DNA of 64,000 bases, from NCBI GenBank assembly GCA_963666205.1, contig OY762654.1, positions 1,728,001 to 1,792,000 on the forward strand, read 5' to 3'. The notes beneath the pieces were generated by a model. It was not told the origin of the DNA and searched no databases. It was given only the letters and a program-made list of their open reading frames with translations. Positions 41,686-51,325 of this stretch are shown one piece after another. The DNA is from Synergistales bacterium. Its GTDB lineage: Bacteria; Synergistota; Synergistia; Synergistales; JAFGMB01. Made by a program: the position numbers and the translations under genes. Numbering within the stretch: the first letter of the stretch is position 1; each line of letters begins with the position of its first letter.

Positions 41686-42756
41686 ATGAAGATACTTGCC
41701 ATAAACCCGGGTTCTACAAGCACAAAGGTTGCTTTTTTTGAGGATGACAGGGAAATATGGAGCGATACCCAGAGGTATGACGTTGATGTCCTGAAGGAAT
41801 TCCACGGAATAATGGCCCAGCAGGATTTCAGACTTGACGAGATCCGTAAGGTAGTAGAAGCAAATAAAACAGACCTCTCTGAACTTGATGCCGTTGTTGG
41901 AAGAGGAGGTCTTCTGAGGCCTATTCCCGGAGGAACCTACGAAGTGAATTCGGATATGACAGATGATCTTGGTTCCTGTAAATATGGAGCCCATGCCAGC
42001 AACCTGGGAGCGGGTCTTGCTGTTAGCCTGGCAAGAGAAGGCGGCTGCAACAGGGCTTTCATTGTTGATCCTGTAGTAGTGGATGAACTCATTCCTGAAG
42101 CTCGTTTAAGCGGTATGCCCGGTATCGACAGAAGATCCATCTGGCATGCCCTTAACCAGAAAGCTGTAGCACGAAGGGCTGCTGGAGAAATGGGGAAAAA
42201 ATATGAAGATCTGAACATCATTGTAGCCCATATGGGAGGCGGCATTTCCGTTGGGGCACATGAAAATGGAAAGACCATAGATGTTAACAATGCTCTTGAC
42301 GGCGAAGGACCCTTCTCTCCAGAGAGGGCCGGTTCCCTGCCTGCAGGCGGGCTGGTCAGGCTGGCCTACAGCGGGAAATATGATCTGCCCGAGCTTCTGA
42401 AGAAAATGGTAGGTAATGGCGGCCTGGTGGCCCATCTCGGTACGAACGACCTGAGGGAAGTCCAGAAGATGATAGAGTCGGGCAATGAAAAGGCGAAACT
42501 GGTCTTTGAAGCCCTGGCCCTTCAGGTAGCCAAGGAGATCGGTTCCCGCGCAGCAGTTCTCAAAGGTAAAGTTGATGCCATTGTTCTTACTGGAGGTTTG
42601 GCCTACAGCGATATGCTTGTGCAGAGGATAAGGGAAAGGGTATCTTATATAGCCGATATCAAGGTATATCCAGGAGAGGATGAAATGATGGCCCTTGCAG
42701 AAGGAGCCATGAGAGTCCTGAAAGGCGAGGAAGAGGCCAACGTTTACAAGGGATAG
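41686..42756 (+). CDS. buk: Butyrate kinase, second paralogue
   Basis: MKILAINPGSTSTK, HASNLG, HALNQKA, DGEGPFSPERAG. Confidence 0.96.
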   Translation: MKILAINPGSTSTKVAFFEDDREIWSDTQRYDVDVLKEFHGIMAQQDFRLDEIRKVVEANKTDLSELDAVVGRGGLLRPIPGGTYEVNSDMTDDLGSCKYGAHASNLGAGLAVSLAREGGCNRAFIVDPVVVDELIPEARLSGMPGIDRRSIWHALNQKAVARRAAGEMGKKYEDLNIIVAHMGGGISVGAHENGKTIDVNNALDGEGPFSPERAGSLPAGGLVRLAYSGKYDLPELLKKMVGNGGLVAHLGTNDLREVQKMIESGNEKAKLVFEALALQVAKEIGSRAAVLKGKVDAIVLTGGLAYSDMLVQRIRERVSYIADIKVYPGEDEMMALAEGAMRVLKGEEEANVYKG

Positions 42757-42763
42757 TTAAATT

Positions 42764-42818
42764 TCATCAGGATTTTCCGGATCAGGGTGTCACACCATGA
42801 TCCGGAAAATCCTGATGA
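42764..42818. terminator. Long inverted repeat between convergent buk and iclR-family genes
   Basis: Perfect 21-bp arms TCATCAGGATTTTCCGGATCA / TGATCCGGAAAATCCTGATGA. Confidence 0.75.
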
Positions 42819-42892
42819 TTCAGAAAGTCTCGCAACAATGGTTGGTCCTGTGGGATCCCCGATCCGTCCTGGAACAAGTTGACTTACTTTGA

Positions 42893-43672
42893 TCAATCCT
42901 GCTGATATCCCAGCCTGCTGGACAGCCTTTTACCTGTTTCAATCAGAGCATTAAGGATCATTTGTACTCCTTCAGTATTATCTGTATAACGGTACTTAAG
43001 GTAAGAAATACTGACTGCATAGGGTATTTCTCCCTGCTTGTTTCTTATGGGTACCGCATAACATATCATGCCGTCCACATACTCTTCGTTGTCACATGCA
43101 TATCCCTGTTCCCTTATTTTTTTTAGATCTGCCAGTAGGTCAGAAAGGTTCATAATGGTATTGCGGGCAGTTTTCCGGAAAGGATATTCTCTGAATTGAT
43201 CCATAATGAAGTCCTCTGGTTGATAAGCCATAAAGACCTTTCCGAGGCCTGAATTATATGCAGTAGCAGGGGTTCCGATCTTTCTTGCGTCAACTTTTAT
43301 GGGGAAATCAGATTCTACCTGATCGATGAGAATGACCTGATCCCGATACAATACTCCAACATTTACGTTTTCGCCGGTAGATTCTGCGAGCAATTCTATT
43401 TCTCTGTGGATCATATCCCGATCACTTGATCTTCTTGCCACGTTGTTCCCGATGGAGAATAACCTGTAGCTAAGCATATACTTACGACTTTTTTCCTCTT
43501 CCACGACCCATCCGAAGTTTTTCAGAGTGTATACCAGCCTTTGAGCTGTACTTTTACCTATATCAAGTTTTTTGGATATATCCCTGATCCCGATTGGTCC
43601 ATTTTCATCAAGAACTTCAACCACCTGAAGAGCTTTTATTACCGATTGAAGGATATTTTTATCTCTTTCCAT
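42893..43672 (-). CDS. IclR family transcriptional regulator
   Basis: QSVIKAL, KSTAQRL HTH, SGLGKVFMA, GYACDNEE. Confidence 0.94.
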   Translation of the reverse strand: MERDKNILQSVIKALQVVEVLDENGPIGIRDISKKLDIGKSTAQRLVYTLKNFGWVVEEEKSRKYMLSYRLFSIGNNVARRSSDRDMIHREIELLAESTGENVNVGVLYRDQVILIDQVESDFPIKVDARKIGTPATAYNSGLGKVFMAYQPEDFIMDQFREYPFRKTARNTIMNLSDLLADLKKIREQGYACDNEEYVDGMICYAVPIRNKQGEIPYAVSISYLKYRYTDNTEGVQMILNALIETGKRLSSRLGYQQD

Positions 43673-43798
43673 TTTTTACCTCCCCAACGATTCTTTCAGA
43701 TAAGGAACTGCCAAAGATATTCTCTTCAAGATGACATCCCTTATGTCTGGTCACTAATGTAATGTTGCTTTTTGAACAGGAGTGGATTATACTTTAAA

Positions 43799-43838
43799 TG
43801 TACCCAATATACGGGTCAGTGTACCGCATAGCGGGTCA
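43799..43838. promoter_or_regulatory. Tandem imperfect palindromes, putative IclR operators
   Basis: TGTACCCAATATACGGGTCA and TGTACCGCATAGCGGGTCA in the divergent intergenic region. Confidence 0.5.
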
Positions 43839-43942
43839 AATGTCCAGAGTTAGAAAATGATCTGTTATTCACTCTGGGATGCTGATATATCAAGTTCCTT
43901 CGAAGTCAATGTAAATACGGTCAGATAACTGACTATTTTAGC

Positions 43943-45192
43943 CAAAGGAGGCAGGAAGAAATGATAAAGACCAGGAAACTTGTAATGATCCCGGGACCGA
44001 CTCCGGTGGTTCGTTCGATCCAGGATCAGATGGGCAGGGAAACGGTGGCCTTTGGAGATTCGGGTTTTGTGGAAGATTTTTCTGAGGTTCTTGCAGATCT
44101 TAAAGAATTGTGGAAATGCGATGGAGAAGTGTTTGTGGTGGCAGGGTCGGGAACGTTAGCTATGGAAATGGCAATAGCCAATACGACCAAACGTGGTGAC
44201 AGCATACTGATCTGTTCCAATGGATTTTTTGGTGATCGTTTTATAGATATGTGCGAGAGGAAAGGCCTTGATGTAGATGTTCTTTCTGCCGAGTGGGGAA
44301 GCAGCGTGACCCCTGAAATGGTAGAGGCAAAACTTGAAGAGAAGAAATATGATGCGGTAACGGTAACCCATGCGGAGACTTCCACTGGAGTTGTAGCGCC
44401 GATAGGAGCTATTGGAGAGGTTCTGAAAAAACATCCTGAAACTATTTATATTGTGGATGCGGTAGCCGCAGCCGCAGGAATAGAAGAGAAGGTAGACCCC
44501 ATGGGAATAGATATACTTCTTACATGTTCCCAGAAAGCTTTCGGAGTTGCCCCCGGACTTGGGATAGTATGGGCCAGCAGAAAGGCAATGGCCAGAAGGG
44601 AAAGCCTTGGAAAGATCCCCGAGTCATATATAGATTTTGATAAATGGCTTCCTGTAATGCATGACCCCAGGAAATACTGGGGAACTCCTCCCATTAACAT
44701 GATATGGGCTTTTAAGGAAGCTATCCGCATAATCAGGGAAGAGGGAATAGAGGAGCGATATGCCCGTCACATAAGGCAGGCAGCGATGTTTGACGGAGCT
44801 ATGGAAAGTCTTGGTTTTGAAGTGGCAGCCGAGGAAGGATACCGGGCTCCGACCCTTTCTGTATATAAGTATCCTGGGGGTGCTGAAGTGGATGATGCCA
44901 GTTTCCGATCGGTACTTGGGGAAGAGGGAGTAGAGTCGGCAGGCTGCCTTGGCAAGTACAAGGGAGTAGCCTTCAGAATGGGTCATATGGGCAATATAGA
45001 CAAGCACACCCTGGTTTCTGCAATAGCAGCAGTGGAGAGGGCCTGCATGAGATGCGGAGTGGAGATAGAACCCGGCAGGGCTGTGGGAACCCTTCAGAGG
45101 GGTCTCGTCAACGAACACTGATATCCTGCTAAAACATAGGAATTATATAACTGAAAACCTGTAGGCAAAGAAGTGATTTAAAAAACCGGGAA
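43943..45192 (+). repeat. 1250-bp direct repeat, copy 1
   Basis: Identical by eye to 53480-54729 (offset 9537); all ORF translations in the two copies are identical. Confidence 0.95.
43961..45121 (+). CDS. Alanine-glyoxylate/serine-pyruvate aminotransferase (class V), copy 1
   Basis: MIPGPT, NGFFG, HAETSTG, VDAV, SQKA (PLP lysine), FRMGHMG. Confidence 0.92.
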   Translation: MIKTRKLVMIPGPTPVVRSIQDQMGRETVAFGDSGFVEDFSEVLADLKELWKCDGEVFVVAGSGTLAMEMAIANTTKRGDSILICSNGFFGDRFIDMCERKGLDVDVLSAEWGSSVTPEMVEAKLEEKKYDAVTVTHAETSTGVVAPIGAIGEVLKKHPETIYIVDAVAAAAGIEEKVDPMGIDILLTCSQKAFGVAPGLGIVWASRKAMARRESLGKIPESYIDFDKWLPVMHDPRKYWGTPPINMIWAFKEAIRIIREEGIEERYARHIRQAAMFDGAMESLGFEVAAEEGYRAPTLSVYKYPGGAEVDDASFRSVLGEEGVESAGCLGKYKGVAFRMGHMGNIDKHTLVSAIAAVERACMRCGVEIEPGRAVGTLQRGLVNEH

Positions 45193-45371
45193 AAAGGCAT
45201 GCCTTCATTCCCGGTTTTTCTCAAAAGTGCTGTTGTGTTGGTGAAAGACCAATGAATCGAGATATCCAGCTGGCACATACTTTTATAGTCGTTAGAAGAA
45301 GAAAATGGTGGATGCTAATAGAATTAATAAAAGCAATACTGTCATTTTATCTCAAAACCATGCGGAACATA

Positions 45372-45402
45372 GTAAGGGCTCATAAAATCTATGAGCCCTT
45401 AC
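45372..45402 (-). terminator. Stem-loop downstream of the TAXI-TRAP operon
   Basis: GTAAGGGCTCATA-AAATC-TATGAGCCCTTAC. Confidence 0.65.
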
Positions 45403-45438
45403 GGGGTATAACTCTATGACGTAGTGTGCAGCAAAATC

Positions 45439-47415
45439 TTATTCACAAACTGGAGTGTCAATCTTTTTAACTGATATTTTCTGAATGAACCACATTAAAA
45501 TCAGAATTCCAAATCCTATTGAATCTGATAACACACCAGGGAATATAAGAGCTAGAGCTCCTACGAAGAGGATCAGTCTTTCCCAAATCTTCAGATTTCT
45601 TAGCCAGTAGCCTGATCCGGCAAAGGCAAGGGAACAGGTTCCAATGACGGCTGTGATGGAATAGAAGAGTACATGCAGAGGTGTCGTATTTATAAGAAGT
45701 AACTGTGGGTTATACGCAAAAACGAAAGGAATAGTGAATCCCGCGATAGCTAATCTCAAGGCTGTAAAACCTGTTTTCATTGCATTGGCATTTGCTATTC
45801 CGGCGCCGGCGTATGCAGCCAGGGCTACAGGTGGTGTAAGGTCTGCTATGATCCCGTAATACAGGATGAACATATGAGCAGCAAGAGGTGGTACACCGAA
45901 TTTCTGTATTGCCGGTGCGGCCATTGATGCGAGGACGATATATTTAGCTGTAGTAGGAAGACCCATTCCCAGAATAATAGAAGCGATCATTGTAAATATC
46001 AGAGTAAAGAAGAAGTGGCCACCGGAAAGGATTATTATTCCATTTGCAAGTTTGAGGCCTACTCCGGTAAGGGTGACAACTCCTATTATGATTCCCGCGC
46101 AGGCACAGGCTGCAGCTACACCAAGGGCAGAACGGGCGCCACTCTCCATTGCGTCAAGAATGTCTTTAAAACTGAGTCTCGTACTGGCTTTGAACATAGC
46201 AATACCTACAGTGACCAATATGGAAACAAAGGCTGCCCTTAGGGGAGTATAGCCTTTTACAAGCAGATAGACGATTACAAAGATAGGAATAAGAAGGTGA
46301 CCGCCCTTCCTGAGGACTTTGCCTAGTTGCGGGAGATTTTCCTTGGGAAGTCCCTTCAGTCCAAGTCTTTTGGCTTCCATATGTACCATTATTCCAACTG
46401 CGAGATAATACAGAACTGCTGGAAGAACAGCTGCTACAGCTATCTTGATGTAGGCAATCCCGAGGAACTGGGCCATGATGAAAGCTGCGGCTCCCATTAT
46501 TGGAGGCATAAGCTGTCCTCCTGTTGAGGCAGCTGCTTCTACTGCACCTGCAAAATGTCCTGGATAACCGATACTTTTCATTAGGGGGATAGTGAAAGCT
46601 CCTGTAGTAACTGTATTTGCCACAGAGCTTCCCGATATTGTTCCAAAAAGTCCGCTGGCAAGAACTGCTACCTTTGCAGGACCTCCGACCCTGTGCCCTG
46701 TCGCTGAAAGGGCAAGGTCAATAAAGAACTTTCCGAGGCCTGTTTTATGTAAGAAAGCTCCAAAAAGAATGAAAAGAAAGACAAAAGTCGCAGAAACTCC
46801 AAGGGGTAACCCAAGGATCCCTTCAGTGGTTACATACATGTGAGTGATGATCCTTTTGAGGGGAAAGCCTCGATGACCTAGCATGCCAGGGATGTAAGGG
46901 CCTAGTTTTGCATAAAGGAGGAATACTGCGGCTACGATGGAAATTGGAAGGCCAACGATCCGGCGACATGCTTCGAGAACAAGCAATATAGCCAAAGCTC
47001 CAAATACCAGGTCACCCCAGGTGGGTAAACCTGCCCTGAGAACTATCTCTGTATAATTTATTACAATATATAACCCCACCCAGCTTCCGAGACCAGCCAG
47101 GATAATATCGATCCAGGGAAGCCTGTCCTTTGATGCTTTCGCAGAAAATGGATAAAGAAGGAATACCAGACACAGGGTGAAAGACAGATGTATCCCCCTT
47201 TGTATCTGGGCAGGAAAAACTCCAAATGCAGCAGTATAAAGCTGGAATGCAGAAAAGGCTATGCAAAGGAAAACAATGATCTTACCCCACAGCCCATCCA
47301 ATATCCGGAAAGTTGATTCCTTATCATACTTTTGTAGTATTTCCTCCACATTTATTTCGTGATCAGAAGCTGTTTCTGAAATATTGTTATCCAGAGTTGT
47401 CTGTTGATTACTCAT
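45439..47415 (-). CDS. TAXI-TRAP transporter 4TM/12TM fused permease
   Basis: GGPAKVAV, GSSVANT, STGGQLMPPIMGA, GMGLPT and TPPVALAA motifs. Confidence 0.94.
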   Translation of the reverse strand: MSNQQTTLDNNISETASDHEINVEEILQKYDKESTFRILDGLWGKIIVFLCIAFSAFQLYTAAFGVFPAQIQRGIHLSFTLCLVFLLYPFSAKASKDRLPWIDIILAGLGSWVGLYIVINYTEIVLRAGLPTWGDLVFGALAILLVLEACRRIVGLPISIVAAVFLLYAKLGPYIPGMLGHRGFPLKRIITHMYVTTEGILGLPLGVSATFVFLFILFGAFLHKTGLGKFFIDLALSATGHRVGGPAKVAVLASGLFGTISGSSVANTVTTGAFTIPLMKSIGYPGHFAGAVEAAASTGGQLMPPIMGAAAFIMAQFLGIAYIKIAVAAVLPAVLYYLAVGIMVHMEAKRLGLKGLPKENLPQLGKVLRKGGHLLIPIFVIVYLLVKGYTPLRAAFVSILVTVGIAMFKASTRLSFKDILDAMESGARSALGVAAACACAGIIIGVVTLTGVGLKLANGIIILSGGHFFFTLIFTMIASIILGMGLPTTAKYIVLASMAAPAIQKFGVPPLAAHMFILYYGIIADLTPPVALAAYAGAGIANANAMKTGFTALRLAIAGFTIPFVFAYNPQLLLINTTPLHVLFYSITAVIGTCSLAFAGSGYWLRNLKIWERLILFVGALALIFPGVLSDSIGFGILILMWFIQKISVKKIDTPVCE

Positions 47416-47419
47416 AGCT

Positions 47420-47914
47420 TCACCTCCAGCGCTTAATCAATTCATTGAAAAGATAGGTCTTTTCTATATAAAAGCTGACGGGTTTTCCCGGTTTTTCCCA
47501 GGACTCAAGTTTGAAAATATTCTTCTCACTAAGGAAAGTATGGTCTGCATACCTCCCAACCCTGATGTCCAGCCTGGGAATTTTCAATGTATAACCTGTT
47601 ATTCGAAATTTTCCGGGTTCCCGGATGAATTTCTGGTTTTCAAAAGAACAATAGGGTAATCCTGCACCAAAATCTGAGTAAACTGTTTCGATCAAGGTAA
47701 TCTGACCATCAATTATTTCGTAGATTTCATCAACCGGTGTTTTTTCGACAGAATGAATACATCTTATGGTGAACTGATCTCCATTACTTATCAACTGTTG
47801 ATATACAATCTCTCCATCCTCATTTTTTACGATGAGAACTCGAAGAGGAAAAGTTAAAAAAGTTATGGTTAAGAGAGCTATTATGATGGCGATAGCATTT
47901 GAATTCTTTTTCAA
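47420..47914 (-). CDS. DUF1850 family protein (TAXI-TRAP associated)
   Basis: IHSVEKTPV.E and FGAGLP motifs; lies between the TAXI genes. Confidence 0.85.
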   Translation of the reverse strand: MKKNSNAIAIIIALLTITFLTFPLRVLIVKNEDGEIVYQQLISNGDQFTIRCIHSVEKTPVDEIYEIIDGQITLIETVYSDFGAGLPYCSFENQKFIREPGKFRITGYTLKIPRLDIRVGRYADHTFLSEKNIFKLESWEKPGKPVSFYIEKTYLFNELIKRWR

Positions 47915-48029
47915 GGGATTACCATTCTTTCCTGGTTTACTAATATTGAAGCAACAAGTTTAAGATGGAGTTTTCTGAGAACCTGGTCCCCGGAAAACTC
48001 CATCCATTTCTTCAATTTATGAATCTAGC

Positions 48030-48986
48030 TTATTTCACTATCCCTTTTTCTTTATAGTATTTCGCAGCACCAGGGTGTATCGGGATGGTAATTCCATCCA
48101 GGGCTTTTTCTAATTTAATGGATTTGCCCTTATGATGGCTTTCTCCTACTTCGTCAAGGTTTTCAAAAAGGGCTTTGGTGATGTTGTAAACTGCCTCTTC
48201 GGAAAGATCAGCATTCGCAACTATAATAGCCTGGACTGCAACCGTTTCTACTGGCTCTGTCTGTCCATTGTATGTATTCGCAGGCATTACCTCAACTGCG
48301 AAGAAGGGATACTTAGCCATCAATTGTTCTCTCATCTTTCCGTAAATGTTGATGAATTTGATCTTGTGGAGAGTGCTTATGTCCTGGATGGAAGAGTTGG
48401 GAGCACCAGTTGTGTAGATAAACGCATCAAGCATTCTGTCTTTAAAATGATCTGCGGTTTCTGCATATGAAAGGAAATGAGGTTTGAAATCTGTGTATTC
48501 GAGACCAAAAGCGCTGAATATCTGTCTGGCATTTGCCTCGTTACCGCTTCCCGGAGCACCTACTGAGACATCGTGGTCCTTAAAGTCCCTTATAGTCATC
48601 AGTTCACTTTCAGCTGGTGCTACCACGTGGATAGTCTCCGGGTAAAGTCTTGCAATGGCTCTTACGTTCTCGATCTTTTTCTTGAAAAATTCTGTGCCGT
48701 TATATGCGTAGTGTGCGATATCATTCTGAACAAGAGCAAGATCCACATCTCCAGCTGCAATAAGGTTCATATTTTCAACAGAAGCACCTGTTGACTGGGC
48801 GGTGATATTTACATCTGATACATGATTGCTGATGATCTGGGCGATTGCCCCTCCAAGTGGATAGTATGTTCCTGCTGTTCCACCTGTAGCAAGGGTCCAC
48901 TGAAGAGTACGTGCAGATGCTCCACCTGCTATGGACATGATGCATAGTGTTACAAGAAGAATCCTGATCCAGTTTTTTCTTAACAT
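48030..48986 (-). CDS. TAXI family TRAP substrate-binding protein
   Basis: ATGGTAGTYYP, STGASVEN, QND, LYPE, GAPGSG, PIHPGA. Confidence 0.94.
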   Translation of the reverse strand: MLRKNWIRILLVTLCIMSIAGGASARTLQWTLATGGTAGTYYPLGGAIAQIISNHVSDVNITAQSTGASVENMNLIAAGDVDLALVQNDIAHYAYNGTEFFKKKIENVRAIARLYPETIHVVAPAESELMTIRDFKDHDVSVGAPGSGNEANARQIFSAFGLEYTDFKPHFLSYAETADHFKDRMLDAFIYTTGAPNSSIQDISTLHKIKFINIYGKMREQLMAKYPFFAVEVMPANTYNGQTEPVETVAVQAIIVANADLSEEAVYNITKALFENLDEVGESHHKGKSIKLEKALDGITIPIHPGAAKYYKEKGIVK

Positions 48987-49049
48987 TTTGTCCCCTCCTT
49001 TTAATTTTTGTAACGGTGTCAAGGAAATTGAAAAAGCCTCATTTCTTAT

Positions 49050-50045
49050 TTATGACGTTACATTAAATTTATAAAATTCAGGATTTAAGAGCCCGGGGAT
49101 CTTCTCTCCTTTCAGGTAAGAAACTGTAGATAGTACAGCCCCGCTGACTTCTCTGTAAAGAGCCTCTTCCGTCCATGCGGCTACATGGGGCGTCATTATA
49201 ATATTGTTCTGTTTGGCCAAGGGGTGGCTTGAATTGACGGGTTCTTTGGAATATACATCTATTGCAGCTGAAGCAATGCTTCCTTTTTTCAGGGCCTTTA
49301 TCAAAGCAGTCTCTTCTATAATTGGACCTCTGGCAGTATTTATTATTATCGAATTCGGCTTCATGAGGTTAAATTCCGGGTCTGAGATGAAACTTTCAGT
49401 TTCTTCCGTGAGAGAACAGTTTACTGAAATTACATCTGATTCCCTTAAGAGGAAGGCAAGTTCTCCCGTTGAGGTCATATTGCCGAATTCATTTTCTTTG
49501 ATATCAACATAGGGATCGTAAACAATAACCTGGCAATCAAACCCCTGTAATTTTCTTGCCACTTCTTTACCTACTGCACCATAGCCTATAATGCCAACCG
49601 TTTTATTCCTTAGTTCAAAGCCAAGAAGCGTATCACTCGTTCTCCATTTGTCTCTGTGTATTGTCTCAGCATGGATCTGAAGTTTCCTCAAAGAAGCAAG
49701 GATCAATAGTATGCAGTATTCGGCCACAGTTGTGTTATTAGCTCCGGGGACATACGAAACTGCAATCCCTTTCTTTGTTGCTTCCCTGATATCCACATTT
49801 GAAGGTTTGCCTCCACACTTTGCAATTATTCCAAGATTCCGGGCATACTTCATATCTTCCTTGTCAACACCGCACCTTGAAGTAATTATTATGCCATTGG
49901 TTGTCTCAAGGATCTCCCTGAGGTCAGTCTTGGAAAAAGTGTCATCGGGATAAACAAACCGGATGGTGGTCAATTCTTCGAGAGGTCTGAACCATTCCAT
50001 AGGACCTTCTGGTTCAATGACGTGAATCAGTGGTTTTTCAGCCAA
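49050..50045 (-). CDS. D-isomer-specific 2-hydroxyacid dehydrogenase
   Basis: GIIGYGAVG, INTARG, DVY..EP, TPHVA; TTG start after AAGGAGGAG. Confidence 0.9.
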   Translation of the reverse strand: MAEKPLIHVIEPEGPMEWFRPLEELTTIRFVYPDDTFSKTDLREILETTNGIIITSRCGVDKEDMKYARNLGIIAKCGGKPSNVDIREATKKGIAVSYVPGANNTTVAEYCILLILASLRKLQIHAETIHRDKWRTSDTLLGFELRNKTVGIIGYGAVGKEVARKLQGFDCQVIVYDPYVDIKENEFGNMTSTGELAFLLRESDVISVNCSLTEETESFISDPEFNLMKPNSIIINTARGPIIEETALIKALKKGSIASAAIDVYSKEPVNSSHPLAKQNNIIMTPHVAAWTEEALYREVSGAVLSTVSYLKGEKIPGLLNPEFYKFNVTS

Positions 50046-50147
50046 ACATATCTCCTCCTTGAAGTGTGAGAAAAGGATCAATGGTATATAGCTGTAATAA
50101 ATCAGAGCAGTTTCCTGGTCAGAATATTTGACTGACAGCTTAAGTAC

Positions 50148-50174
50148 ATATATCATGTCAGATATACGATGTCA
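50148..50174. promoter_or_regulatory. Tandem ATATAYSATGTCA boxes, putative GntR operator
   Basis: ATATATCATGTCA and ATATACGATGTCA; related site upstream of the GntR gene at 57072. Confidence 0.55.
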
Positions 50175-50348
50175 AATATTGATGCATTTGAAAGTAGCTT
50201 TCAGATTTTTGAGATAATTTGCAGAAACTCTTTTATCGGCCAGTTTTCAAATGGCATTTATGGTAAATGTAATCTCTGATCAAGGTCTTTGCATTGCACA
50301 TGATTTTTTGTACAAATAGACCTTTATATAGGGAGGAATAATTATTCC

Positions 50349-51176
50349 ATGACAGAGAATGGTTCAATTGGTTTTTTTGATTCCGGACTTGGAGGCCTTA
50401 CTGTAGTAAAAGAGGTAATGAGACTTCTCCCGGGAGAAAACATCCTTTATTTCGGAGATAACGGTCGATCTCCCTATGGAGAGTACAGTAGAGAAATTCT
50501 GCAGACCCTGTCTCTCCAGATCTCCGGGTTTCTTCTAAAGAGGAGGGCTAAAATGATAGTTGTTGCCTGTAATACTGCAACAGCTGCATCCCTGGATCTT
50601 CTTCAGTCGACTTTTTCGATTCCTGTGATCGGTGTCATTGAGCCTGGTTCAAGGGCCGCCGTTCGAGCTACGAAAAACGGGAGGATTGGTCTTCTGGCAA
50701 CGAACTACACTGTTAACAGCGGTTTTTATCAGAAAGAGATTACTGATCTTCTCCCTGAAGCGGAAGTATTTTCTGAACCAGGCCCAGAATTTACACCATT
50801 GATAGAATCTGGCAAGATCGAAGATAGTGAAACCGAAGAAGCTGTGTTGAGACATTTGAAACCATTGAAAGATAAGGATATCGATACTCTTCTTCTTGGA
50901 TGTACAATTTTCCCGATTATCAATCCTTTATTCATTAAACATCTGGATAAAAAAGTTTCTATTATTGACCCTTCAATGGAAACTGCAATTTCTGTCAGGG
51001 AAATACTGCTGGAATATGGACTTGTCAATGAAGGGGAGACTTCTCCCCGAAGGGAATTTTATACCACGGGAGATCCGGATAGATTCAAAGGTTTCGGAGA
51101 TCGTTTTTTGCCTGGAGCACCTATTCAGGTTTCCAATGTTGATCCGTATACCCTTGTTCCATCTCTTAATATCTGA
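50349..51176 (+). CDS. murI: Glutamate racemase-like protein with variant motif
   Basis: FDSGLGG, PYG, VACNTA; second Cys motif is LGCTIFP instead of LGCTH(Y/F)P. Confidence 0.85.
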   Translation: MTENGSIGFFDSGLGGLTVVKEVMRLLPGENILYFGDNGRSPYGEYSREILQTLSLQISGFLLKRRAKMIVVACNTATAASLDLLQSTFSIPVIGVIEPGSRAAVRATKNGRIGLLATNYTVNSGFYQKEITDLLPEAEVFSEPGPEFTPLIESGKIEDSETEEAVLRHLKPLKDKDIDTLLLGCTIFPIINPLFIKHLDKKVSIIDPSMETAISVREILLEYGLVNEGETSPRREFYTTGDPDRFKGFGDRFLPGAPIQVSNVDPYTLVPSLNI

Positions 51177-51325
51177 TAGAAAAGACAGATTAATGAATCT
51201 GTCTTTTCACGGAGTTAATTTGGTTTGTATTTTGGAAATTGATCTCGGCAATATCTGGATTACAGGGAATGCGGGTTCCATGCATATCCTGGAAATATAA
51301 TAAAACAATAAAGGAGTGTTCTGAA

